Source of the DNA: Chloroflexota bacterium
GTDB lineage: Bacteria; Chloroflexota; UBA11872; VXOZ01
Length of the DNA stretch: 64,000 nt
Direction of reading: 5' to 3'
NCBI GenBank assembly: GCA_963662335.2
Contig: CAXXVD010000005.1
Span: 32,001-96,000, forward strand
Both the position numbers and the translations under genes were made by a program. The notes under the pieces are model-generated. The model did not search any database. It saw only the letters and a list, made by a program, of their open reading frames with translations, and was not told the origin of the DNA. Below, in pieces: positions 1 to 10,503 of the stretch (positions are counted from its first letter, which is position 1; each line of letters begins with the position of its first letter).

Positions 1-986
1 TAGCCCGCTGCCACGCCCAGCGCCGTGCCCGCGACGCCGAAGACGAACGCCTCCAGCAGGATCGACGCGAAGAGCTGGCGGCGGGTTGCGCCAATCGCGC
101 GCAACATGCCGATCTGCACCCGCCGCTGCACCACGCTAAACGACATGATGTTGTAGACCAGAAACATGCCGACCACCAAGGCGAGGAGACTGAGCGCTTG
201 CAGATTGAGCGTAAAGCTGTCGCTGAGTTGCTGGAGGGTCTGCCGGTTGCTCTCGGCCGGCCGCACGATTACGCCGGGCGGCAGCGCTGCTTGGATGTGC
301 GCCAGCGTCTGGGCATCGGCAAGGATCAGGTCGATGCGCGTCAATACTCCCGGAGCGCCAAGAAACTCCTGCGCGGTCGCAATGTCGGCAATCACGAGGG
401 AAGCCAACGCCTGCCGGCTCAGGTCGTTCCAGGGACGAATTGTGCCAGCGAGGGTGACCCTTCGTCGGTTTTGCGTCGTAGCGAGTTCGAAGGTATCGCC
501 GGGCGCAACGCCGAGCCGCGCAGCGACGGATTCTGACACCAGAACGGTATTCGGCTCGGTGAGAAGCCGGAGCAACACCTGGCTCGATACGCCGGTTACG
601 CCGGAGACGGCGGCCTCCGCCAAATACTGGCGCATCTGGGATTCGGCAAAAGGATCTATGCCCAGCAGCGTCAGCGTAAGGCCGTTTGCGCCCGCGCGGA
701 CCGTGCTCTGGACCACCGGCGCGGCGGTGCGAATGCCAAGTTCTACGCGCAGCGTGCGGTAGAGGGCAGTGGGCACGCCGCTGGGGCCGCCGATGATTTC
801 ATGGGTCGCATTGCCCTGGAGACTCGCGGCGCTGAGGGCAAACGCGCGGCGGGCCGACTCGGCGGCTACGTCCACGCCCACCACGAGCGCGACACCCGCC
901 ACAATGCTAAAGATGAAGAGCGCGCTTTGCAGTATGCGCCGTTGCAGGGCGCGGTAGGCAAGACGGCAGACAACCGCGCGTATCAT
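1..986 (-). CDS. ABC transporter permease, FtsX/MacB-like (truncated at the window edge)
   Basis: ATG at 986 overlaps the TGA of the upstream ATPase (ATGA). Hand translation [39 protein letters not shown]... shows an N-terminal TM helix, a large extracytoplasmic part and further TM segments near the edge. Absent from the ORF track because it runs off the window. Confidence 0.85.
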   Translation of the reverse strand, partial: MIRAVVCRLAYRALQRRILQSALFIFSIVAGVALVVGVDVAAESARRAFALSAASLQGNATHEIIGGPSGVPTALYRTLRVELGIRTAAPVVQSTVRAGANGLTLTLLGIDPFAESQMRQYLAEAAVSGVTGVSSQVLLRLLTEPNTVLVSESVAARLGVAPGDTFELATTQNRRRVTLAGTIRPWNDLSRQALASLVIADIATAQEFLGAPGVLTRIDLILADAQTLAHIQAALPPGVIVRPAESNRQTLQQLSDSFTLNLQALSLLALVVGMFLVYNIMSFSVVQRRVQIGMLRAIGATRRQLFASILLEAFVFGVAGTALGVAAG

Positions 987-1702
987 GGGGTCGAAAGCGC
1001 GGCGGCGGAGGCCGGCTGTGCGGTAAGCGCGCCGGCGTGGAGCCGGCAGACGCGGGAGGCCTGCCGCGCGATTTCATGGTCGTGAGTGGCCATCAACAGG
1101 GTGCGCCCGGCCTCCCGCGTAAGTTCCAGGAGGAGGGCAAGCACCCGCTGGCTGTTTTCGGCGTCCAGGTTGCCGGTCGGCTCGTCGGCAAGCACCACGA
1201 GCGGTTCGTGCGCCAGGGCGCGCGCGAGCGCCACCCGCTGCTGCTCGCCGCCGCTCAGCCGATCCGGAAACGTATCATGGCGGTCGCTGAGGCCGACGCG
1301 TTCCAGGAGCGCCGCCGCGTGGTCTCGCAACGCGCTGTCCACCGTGCCTTCGAGTTCAGCCGGCAAAAGCACGTTTTCCCACACGGTGAGCGTGGGAATG
1401 AGGTTGAACAACTGAAAGACCATGCCGACGTGGCGGCGGCGAAAGCGGGTGCGGGCGCTGTCGCTGAGACGGGTAAGTTCGTTGCCGTCGATGACGATAG
1501 ACCCGCTGTCCGGCGTATCGATGCCGCCGATCAGGTTGAGCAGGGTTGTCTTGCCGCTGCCGCTGCTTCCGAGTAAGGCAACGAACTCGCCGCGGTTGAC
1601 TGCCAGGCGAACGCTGTTCAAGACGACGCGCTGCTGTCCATGCTCGAAATAGGACTTGCTAATGTCGTGGAGTTTGAGTAAGGGACTTTGATTCTCGCTC
1701 AT
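983..1702 (-). CDS. ABC transporter ATP-binding protein (LolD/MacB-like)
   Basis: Walker A GSSGSGKT, signature LSGGEQQR, Walker [12 protein letters not shown]-loop ATHD. Confidence 0.95.
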   Translation of the reverse strand: MSENQSPLLKLHDISKSYFEHGQQRVVLNSVRLAVNRGEFVALLGSSGSGKTTLLNLIGGIDTPDSGSIVIDGNELTRLSDSARTRFRRRHVGMVFQLFNLIPTLTVWENVLLPAELEGTVDSALRDHAAALLERVGLSDRHDTFPDRLSGGEQQRVALARALAHEPLVVLADEPTGNLDAENSQRVLALLLELTREAGRTLLMATHDHEIARQASRVCRLHAGALTAQPASAAALSTP

Positions 1703-1795
1703 TTCTCGTGGAATGTCTCTCAGTTAACAGGATTGGAGATTGACCGCGGCAGCGCAATCGTGAACTGACACCCACCATTGGATTCTATCGAGGCC

Positions 1796-2416
1796 CTACC
1801 TGTCCCGAGAACGCATGTTTGCCAGTCGTTTGAATGCCGTTGGCGCCGGGCCTTCTTCCAGGCGCCGCCGGATGGCGTCGGCGCACTCCTGCGGGATGAG
1901 TTGCCCAGTATCGACCTCGATGTCGTAGATGCCGGGGACGTGCACCTCGCGCTGCCAGCGTTGTATGTGCTCATCCAATCCGCGATTGGGGCCCCAGGTC
2001 TTCTCTCGCCGCGCGACGATAGCGTCCAGAGGGCAGCGCACTCCTACGAATAGCACGGGCAAGCCGCGCAAAAGCCGCGCGCTATGGCAAAGTATGCCGC
2101 GCGGCGCCGAGTACGCATCGTGATGGCCGACGTCCACGACGACGTTCACGCCCAAGCGGCTGTGGGCGGCAATCGACTCGTACATTGCCGCGTACAGCAC
2201 GGGCACGATCGGTTCGATTGTCTCAGACAACTCTCCGCCCGGACGCAGACCGATCCCCGGACTGTAACGTTGTGACGTCAGTCGCTTGAAACCGTCTACA
2301 CCCAAATTGATCCAAACACCGGCGAACGTGTCAAGAATCACCGCGGCAATGCTCGACTTACCCGACCGCGGCGGGCCGTTCAGGATGACGATCTGCCCCG
2401 GTTCGCAATCGTTCAC
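1796..2416 (-). CDS. Chloramphenicol phosphotransferase (CPT)-like P-loop kinase
   Basis: IVILNGPPRSGKSS, LGVD, VVVD, VGVRCPL..RE..., YDIEVDT motifs typical of the CPT family. Confidence 0.85.
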   Translation of the reverse strand: MNDCEPGQIVILNGPPRSGKSSIAAVILDTFAGVWINLGVDGFKRLTSQRYSPGIGLRPGGELSETIEPIVPVLYAAMYESIAAHSRLGVNVVVDVGHHDAYSAPRGILCHSARLLRGLPVLFVGVRCPLDAIVARREKTWGPNRGLDEHIQRWQREVHVPGIYDIEVDTGQLIPQECADAIRRRLEEGPAPTAFKRLANMRSRDR

Positions 2417-2528
2417 GCCGTTCTCCGCAGTGACACAGCTAGCCGGACCAAGCCAAGCATGGATTGGTGCGCATGCCGGTCAATCGAGGGGCCGGACGGC
2501 GTCAGTCGGGCACGATGGTACGCAAACA

Positions 2529-2603
2529 TGGTACCCCCAGGGCGACTCGAACGCCCGCACCTGGCTCCGGAGGCCAGTGCTCTATCCACTGAGCTATGGG
2601 GGC
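2529..2603 (-). tRNA. tRNA-Arg(CCG)
   Basis: Reverse complement GCCCCCATAGCTCAGTGGATAGAGCACTGGCCTCCGGAGCCAGGTGCGGGCGTTCGAGTCGCCCTGGGGGTACCA: cloverleaf, anticodon CCG, encoded CCA end. Confidence 0.97.
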
Positions 2604-2698
2604 TTGTCATCTTCTATGATACCAGACCGGCGCACAGCGACAACGTGCGAGTCGAATTGGCGGCGTGCGCACTTGTAGCATCACAGTGCCGCGCCGGT

Positions 2699-2976
2699 TG
2701 TCATTCCGAGCGCAGCGAGGAATCTCGTGCGTCGAGGATTCCACCCAAAGGAAGAGTCCTCGAATGCCCGTGCCCTAGATTCTTCGTCGCTGTGCTCCTC
2801 AGAATGACAGCAAAGGAGGACTGAGTTGCCTAGCAGCGCCCCATTTGCTGTCATTCCGAGCGCAGCGAGGAATCTAGTGCCGGGAGGCATCTGGCCCGGC
2901 CAAGAATCCAGCGAAACGAGGGTTCCGCGATGGCGCGCGCCCTAGATTCTTCGTCGCTGCGCTCCTCAGAATGACA
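2699..2976. repeat. Two consecutive inverted doublets of a TGTCATT...GAATCT palindromic repeat (REP/REPIN-like)
   Basis: TGTCATTCCGAGCGCAGCGAGGAATCT at 2699-2725 and 2849-2875, each faced by the inverted variant AGATTCTTCGTCGCTG(T/C)GCTCCTCAGAATGACA at 2777-2809 and 2944-2976. Confidence 0.9.
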
Positions 2977-3116
2977 GGGTGAGGGAAACGCATGTCATGA
3001 ATACGACATGCCTTGTAGGGGAATTGTCAGGCCTAGAAGAGTGCAAAACAGGTCTGGGCGCCTGGGTGGCAGGACTAATTGGCCGCGCGGCAGGTCCGGG
3101 TATCCGCGTGGCAGGC

Positions 3117-4592
3117 CTAGGGAGAGAGCGCCAGCTTGCCGGCCTCTTCAAAGGCGGCTTGCGCCCATTCCACGGCCCCGGCGGGATAGACGCCGAGCAC
3201 GAGCGTGCCGATGACGCCAACCGCAACCACCGCGCCGATGGCCGTGGACGCGGGAACCGGCAGCAAGCGCGGCCGGCCCTCGACCATGTACATGTTCACG
3301 ACGACGCGCAGGTAGTAATAGGCCGAGACCGTGCTGGTTAGCACCAGGACCACCGCCACCCAGGTGAGTCCGCCGTTCACGGCCACTTGCAATAGGTAGA
3401 GTTTGCCGAAAAAGCCGGCGGCGGGCGGAATGCCGGTGAGCGAAATCATGAAGATGACCATGGCGGCGGCCAAGAGGGGCGAGGTGCGGCCCAGGTCTTG
3501 AAAGTCTTCCATCTCCGTGCCGCCGGTGCGCCGTTCCACCGCGAAGGTCACGGCGAACGCGCCGAGCGTCATCAAGGCGTACACCACCGCGTAGAACATC
3601 ACCGCCGCCACCGCGTCGCGCATGAGGCCGCCGTCCGCGGCTTGCGCGTGCACCACCGCCACGCCAACCAGCATGTAGCCCGTATGCGCGATTGAAGAAT
3701 ACGCCAGCAGGCGCTTCACGTCTCGCTGCCAGATGGCAACGAAGTTGCCGACGATCATGCTGGCCACGGCAATGGCGACCACCACCGGGACCACCATGTC
3801 TTGCCAGGGTTCAAGCCCGTGCACGACCACCCGCAAGAGGCCCGCCATCGCGCCCATCTTGGCGCCGGCTGCCAGAAACGCGGTTGAGGGTGTGGGCGCG
3901 CCTTGGTAGGCGTCGGGCGTCCACATGTGGAACGGCACCGCGGCCACTTTGAACGCCAGACCGACCAGCAGTAGCCCGAGACCTAGCAGGAACCAGGGGT
4001 CGGTCGCCCCTTGGCTCTGCACGTACAACGCCATGTTCTGCAGGTTCGTGGTGCCGGTCAAGCCGAAGAGCCAGGCGATGCCGTAGAGCAGCACGCCGGA
4101 GGCAAACGCGCCGAGCAGGAAGTACTTGAGCGCGCCTTCCGTAGCGCGAAAGCGGTCGCGCTTGATCGCCACGAGCACGTAGACGGGAATCGACGTGAGT
4201 TCAACGCCGAGGTAGAGCGTTATCAGATCGCCGGTCGCGCCGAGCAGCAACATGCCGACCGTGGCAAACAAGATGAGCGCCGCGAGTTCGGCGAACGGAA
4301 TCTCCTTGCCCTGCGCGAAGGCGAGCACAATGCTCAAAGCGGCTATGGCGATGAAGAGCACCTTGAAGAAGACCGCGTAGCCGTCCGTCAGCAACACCCC
4401 GCTGAATGCGGTCGCGCCGTCCGCCCGCGCCACGACGCTGACGACGATGGCGGCCACACTGCCGACCACCACCAGCGCCAGCAGGCCGGGATGCGTGCGC
4501 CGGCCGCCAAAGGCGTCGACCAACAGCACGCACGCCGCCACCAGCGTGATGATGATTTCCGGCAATATGCTGATGAGGTCTGCCGTTTCCAC
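3117..4592 (-). CDS. nuoN: NADH-quinone oxidoreductase subunit N
   Basis: EGALKYFLLGAFASG, FKVAAVPFHMWTPDAYQGAP, KRLLAYSSIAH; last gene of the nuo operon. Confidence 0.97.
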   Translation of the reverse strand: METADLISILPEIIITLVAACVLLVDAFGGRRTHPGLLALVVVGSVAAIVVSVVARADGATAFSGVLLTDGYAVFFKVLFIAIAALSIVLAFAQGKEIPFAELAALILFATVGMLLLGATGDLITLYLGVELTSIPVYVLVAIKRDRFRATEGALKYFLLGAFASGVLLYGIAWLFGLTGTTNLQNMALYVQSQGATDPWFLLGLGLLLVGLAFKVAAVPFHMWTPDAYQGAPTPSTAFLAAGAKMGAMAGLLRVVVHGLEPWQDMVVPVVVAIAVASMIVGNFVAIWQRDVKRLLAYSSIAHTGYMLVGVAVVHAQAADGGLMRDAVAAVMFYAVVYALMTLGAFAVTFAVERRTGGTEMEDFQDLGRTSPLLAAAMVIFMISLTGIPPAAGFFGKLYLLQVAVNGGLTWVAVVLVLTSTVSAYYYLRVVVNMYMVEGRPRLLPVPASTAIGAVVAVGVIGTLVLGVYPAGAVEWAQAAFEEAGKLALSP

Positions 4593-4606
4593 GCGCTATG
4601 CCTTCA

Positions 4607-6109
4607 CTACTCCGCCAACAAGGCCGCCGTCTCGGACTCCGTTATCGCTTGCACGATACCGCTCGTGTCGGCCGTAAAGAGTTCGATGAATGTCTGCGGT
4701 TCCACGCCCGCCCATACGACCACGAGAGCCAGCGCCGCCAGCACCGCCGTTTCTAGTCTCGTAAGGTCCTGCAGGCGGCGATGGGCATCACTCAGTGTAC
4801 CCAGCATCACCCGCCAGTACATCCAGAGCATGTACGCGGCGGAGAGGATGATGCCCAGGACCGCCAGCACGCCAAAGATGCGCGTGCCGGCCATGAACGC
4901 GCCGAGCAGCACCATGAACTCGCCTACAAAACCCGACAAACCCGGCAACCCAATCGACGCCAGGGAGAAGAAGAGAAAGAGCGCGGCGAACACCGGCCAC
5001 CGGTGCGCCAGCCCGCCCAAATTGGCGATCAGCCGGTCGTGGGTGCGCTCGTAGAGTTGGCCCACGCAGAGGAAGAGCGCGCCGGTTACCAGGCCGTGGC
5101 TGAACATCTGCATAATCGCCCCGTCAAGTCCCTGCTGCGTGAACGAGAAAATGCCCAGGGTCACGAATCCCATGTGGCTGACCGAGGAATAGGCGATAAG
5201 CTTCTTCAGGTCCGTCTGCATCAGGGCGACCAACGCGCCGTAGAGAATGGCAATCACAGAAAGCACAAGGATGGCGGTCTGCGCCACGTGGCTGGCGTCG
5301 GGCAAGAGCGGCAAACTAAAGCGGATGAAGCCGTAGCCGCCCATCTTCAGCAGGATGCCGGCCAGAATCACGCTGCCGGTTGTCGGCGCTTCCACGTGGG
5401 CGTCCGGCAGCCACGTGTGAAACGGCACCATGGGCACCTTGATCGCGAACGCCAGGAAGAAGGCGAGAAAGGCCCAGAGTTGGAAGCGCTCGCCGTAGGT
5501 ACCCTGGGTCAATTCGAGAATGTCGAACGTGTAGACCCCTGTGGTATTGCCGTGCACGAAATAGAGCGCCAGGATGGCCACCAGCATGAGCAGGCTGCCG
5601 AACAACGTGTAGAGCACGAACTTGATCGTGGCGTAGACCCGGCGCTCGCCGCCCCAGACGCCAATCAGCACGTACATGGGAATGAGCATGATCTCCCAGA
5701 AGACGTAGAAGAGCACGAAGTCCAGCGCCAGGAAGACGCCGGTAATGCCCACTTCCAGCAGGAGCATGGTGAAAAGGTACTCTTTCACCCGCTCGTGCAC
5801 GGACGCCCAGGCATAGACGATGCAGAGGAAGAAGAGGAACGTATTGAGCAGCACCATCAGCAGGCTGATGCCGTCCACACCGAGGGCGTACTGAATGCCG
5901 AGGGCCGGCAGCCAGTCGAACCGCTCCTGGAACTGCATGCCCGCGCCGGGTGCGAAGCCGGCCCACACCGCCACGCTCAGGGCGAGCGACAGCAGCGTTC
6001 CCGCAATCGCCACCGCGAACATGGCGCGGCGCTCGCGCAGGAAAAGCACGATTACGGCTGCGAGGAGCGGCAGCCAGAGCACGAGAGAGAGAATGGGGAA
6101 TGACTCCAC
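4607..6109 (-). CDS. nuoM: NADH-quinone oxidoreductase subunit M
   Basis: FYVFWEIMLIPMY, IKVPMVPFHTWLPDAHVEAPT, DLKKLIAYSSVSHMG. Confidence 0.97.
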   Translation of the reverse strand: MESFPILSLVLWLPLLAAVIVLFLRERRAMFAVAIAGTLLSLALSVAVWAGFAPGAGMQFQERFDWLPALGIQYALGVDGISLLMVLLNTFLFFLCIVYAWASVHERVKEYLFTMLLLEVGITGVFLALDFVLFYVFWEIMLIPMYVLIGVWGGERRVYATIKFVLYTLFGSLLMLVAILALYFVHGNTTGVYTFDILELTQGTYGERFQLWAFLAFFLAFAIKVPMVPFHTWLPDAHVEAPTTGSVILAGILLKMGGYGFIRFSLPLLPDASHVAQTAILVLSVIAILYGALVALMQTDLKKLIAYSSVSHMGFVTLGIFSFTQQGLDGAIMQMFSHGLVTGALFLCVGQLYERTHDRLIANLGGLAHRWPVFAALFLFFSLASIGLPGLSGFVGEFMVLLGAFMAGTRIFGVLAVLGIILSAAYMLWMYWRVMLGTLSDAHRRLQDLTRLETAVLAALALVVVWAGVEPQTFIELFTADTSGIVQAITESETAALLAE

Positions 6110-6119
6110 TACGTCAGCC

Positions 6120-8027
<1,908 letters not shown>

Positions 8028-8041
8028 GCGCTTTGCGGCCC

Positions 8042-8350
8042 TTAGCCCTTGAGCGTATTGATTTCATCGACGTTGAGCGAATCCCGGTGGCGCGAAAGCG
8101 CCACGATGATGGCAAGTCCCACCGCCGCTTCCGCCGCCGCGACCGTCAGCGAGAAGATGACGAAGGCTTGCCCCAGCATGTTGTCCAGGGCCACCGCAAA
8201 GCCGACGAACGTGACGTTTGCCCCGAGCAAGATCAGTTCGATTGACATAAAGACGATAAGCAAGTTGCGCCGCACCAGCACACCGAGCAGTCCGATGATG
8301 AAGAGCGCCGCGCCCAGCACCAAGTAGTACTCCAAGGCCGGGATGATCAT
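8042..8350 (-). CDS. nuoK: NADH-quinone oxidoreductase subunit K
   Basis: RRNLLIVFMSIEL, AAAEAAVGLAI. Confidence 0.96.
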   Translation of the reverse strand: MIIPALEYYLVLGAALFIIGLLGVLVRRNLLIVFMSIELILLGANVTFVGFAVALDNMLGQAFVIFSLTVAAAEAAVGLAIIVALSRHRDSLNVDEINTLKG

Positions 8351-8991
8351 TGCTGCGGCCCTTCCCCTTGGCCCGGATTGGCCGGCTCACGCGCGCGCCG
8401 CTCCGCCTTGGCGTACCGTTCCGCCATCCACTCGCCGACGCCCATCTCCGAGGACGAACGCGGCCGCCGCGGCCGTTGCCGCGCCAAGACGATTGCGCCT
8501 ACGACAGCGGCCGTGAGCAGCACTGAGGCAACTTCAAACGGCAGCAAGTAGTCGCGGAACAATACCTGCCCCAACGCCTGCACGTTGCCCCCTTGTCCGG
8601 CAACCCACGCGGGGCTGTGCGGCCCTTGCGCGCCGACCGTGATGGCAGCCCCTGTCAAGACGATGAATTCAACGAAGAGCAGAGCGCCAATCACGACCGC
8701 AAAGGGCGCTTGCATGTGAAACTGCCGCGCGCGTTCCACCACGTTGAGGTTCAGCAGCATCATCGTGAAGAGGAAGAGCACGATAATCGCGCCGGCGTAG
8801 ATGATGATGTGCGCCGCCGCGAGAAACTCGGCGCGCAGCAGGATGAAGATGCCGGCCAGGTGGAAGACAACGCCCACCAGCGCCAGCGCGCACTGCACCG
8901 GATTGCGCAGCAGCACGACGAGCACGGCAAAGACGACGCACGCCAGCGCGAGATAGGCAAAGATCAGCGTAAGCAGGGTCTCGCTATTCAA
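8347..8991 (-). CDS. nuoJ: NADH-quinone oxidoreductase subunit J
   Basis: RNPVQCAL, AEFLA..IIIYAGAIIVLFLF, YLLPFEVASVLL; TTG start. Confidence 0.94.
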   Translation of the reverse strand: MNSETLLTLIFAYLALACVVFAVLVVLLRNPVQCALALVGVVFHLAGIFILLRAEFLAAAHIIIYAGAIIVLFLFTMMLLNLNVVERARQFHMQAPFAVVIGALLFVEFIVLTGAAITVGAQGPHSPAWVAGQGGNVQALGQVLFRDYLLPFEVASVLLTAAVVGAIVLARQRPRRPRSSSEMGVGEWMAERYAKAERRAREPANPGQGEGPQQ

Positions 8992-9442
8992 GCGTCGCGG
9001 CCTCCTTGCCCTGTTTGTCCACCAGGTCCATCAGCCGGTCGACGTCGTAGATGAGCGTGCTGCGGTCATCGGTTGCAAAGTCATACGCGTTCGTCATCTC
9101 CAGCGCTTCCACCGGACAGGCCTCCACACAGAGCGAGCAGAAGAGGCAGCGGCCCACGTCGAGCGTATATGAGGTCACGACCTTATCCGTCGGCTGCGCG
9201 GGATTCGATTCCGTCGTGATCGTAATGCACTCATTCGGGCAGGCGGTCTCGCAGAGGCCGCAGCCCACGCACTTGGGCCGGCCGTCCGGCCGGCGCCTCA
9301 TGCCGACCGCGCCGCGGTAGATTGCGGAGAGCGGCCGCTTCTCCTCGGGATAGCGAATGGTCACCGGCCGGCGAAAGAACTCGCGCAAGGTGACGCTAAG
9401 CCCCCTGGCGATCGGTACCAGCGACCCGAACCGAAAACTCAC
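8984..9442 (-). CDS. nuoI: NADH-quinone oxidoreductase subunit I
   Basis: TIRYPEEK plus two CxxCxxCxxxCP motifs (CVGCGLCETACP, CLFCSLCVEACP). Confidence 0.96.
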   Translation of the reverse strand: MSFRFGSLVPIARGLSVTLREFFRRPVTIRYPEEKRPLSAIYRGAVGMRRRPDGRPKCVGCGLCETACPNECITITTESNPAQPTDKVVTSYTLDVGRCLFCSLCVEACPVEALEMTNAYDFATDDRSTLIYDVDRLMDLVDKQGKEAATLE

Positions 9443-9467
9443 GACGCCTCCTTTCCCGCTTGTTTCC

Positions 9468-10487
9468 CTAAGCGTAGACAGTCAACTTGAGTACGGTTGC
9501 TACGGCAAGATTCAGCAGACCCAGTGGCAGGAGCACTTTCCAGCAGAAGTTCATCATTTGGTCGTACCGGAAGCGCGGCAGTGTCGCGCGCAGCCAGAAG
9601 TAGAAGAAGAGGAATAGGAACACTTTGCCTACCATGAAGACTAGCGCCAGCAACGCCGCCGGCAGATGGCCGATGTACGGCTCCAGGAATTGCGCCGGCC
9701 AGCCGCCGCCCAGAAAGACCGCGGCCACTAGGAACGACGCCAAGACCATGTTCGCGTATTCGGACAAGAAGAAGAACGAGAAGCGCCAGCCGGAATACTC
9801 CACGTGATAGCCGGAAACTAGCTCGGTTTCCGCTTCCGGCAGGTCGAACGGCGCGCGGTTGGTCTCCGCCAGCGCCGCGCAGACGAAGACGAACGCGCCG
9901 ATTATCAAGGGTATGGCATAGGGCACCTGCTGCTGCCGCACGATTTCCGGCAACGACAGTGAACCCGCCAGCACCACCACGCCCACGAGCGCCAGGCCGA
10001 GCATGATCTCGTAGCTAATCATCTGCGCGCTCGACCGCAGGCTGCCCAGCAAGGCGTACTTGCTATTGGAGGCCCAGCCGGCCATCACGATGCCGTAGAC
10101 CGCAACGGACGTGAGCGCCACGATGTAGAGCACGCCCACGTTCAAGTCGGTGGGATAGAGGCCGATGGTGCGGCCGAAGATTTCCACTTCCGTGCCCAGC
10201 GGCACCACCGACCACGCCATGAACGACGGCACCAGCAGCAAGAACGGCGCGAGCACGAAGAGCACCCGGTCCGCGCCGTCGGGCCGCATGTCTTCCTTGC
10301 CCATGAGCTTGATGGCGTCGGCAAGGGTCTGGAATAGCCCAAAGGGACCGACGCGGTTGGGGCCGACGCGAGACTGGATGCGGCCCAGGACCCGGCGCTC
10401 GGCCCAAATCAGGGGCGGCACGATCATAAGCGGAATCGCAAACGCGATACCGGACTTGATGATTACGGTGATGACGAGTTCTGTCAT
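9468..10487 (-). CDS. nuoH: NADH-quinone oxidoreductase subunit H
   Basis: ERRVLGRIQSRVGPNRVGPFG, AETNRAPFDLPEAETELVSGYHVEYSG, LRATLPRFRYDQ. Start moved to ATG 10487 (MTELV...), just after the nuoG stop. Confidence 0.96.
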   Translation of the reverse strand: MTELVITVIIKSGIAFAIPLMIVPPLIWAERRVLGRIQSRVGPNRVGPFGLFQTLADAIKLMGKEDMRPDGADRVLFVLAPFLLLVPSFMAWSVVPLGTEVEIFGRTIGLYPTDLNVGVLYIVALTSVAVYGIVMAGWASNSKYALLGSLRSSAQMISYEIMLGLALVGVVVLAGSLSLPEIVRQQQVPYAIPLIIGAFVFVCAALAETNRAPFDLPEAETELVSGYHVEYSGWRFSFFFLSEYANMVLASFLVAAVFLGGGWPAQFLEPYIGHLPAALLALVFMVGKVFLFLFFYFWLRATLPRFRYDQMMNFCWKVLLPLGLLNLAVATVLKLTVYA

Positions 10488-10503
10488 GGGATTTTTGCCT
10501 GGT

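Noticed and set aside
1-2603. Genomic island integrated at tRNA-Arg carrying a chloramphenicol resistance gene
   Set aside because: No integrase and no duplicated tRNA 3' end seen in the window; CPT-like kinases are widespread and resistance cannot be inferred from the motif alone.
2459-2890. Small ORFs containing CHSERSEES / RFLAALGMT (similar ones near 33634-33978, 40766-41062, 43610-44234, 53107-53292)
   Set aside because: These peptides are translations of the palindromic repeats or tRNA, not genes.
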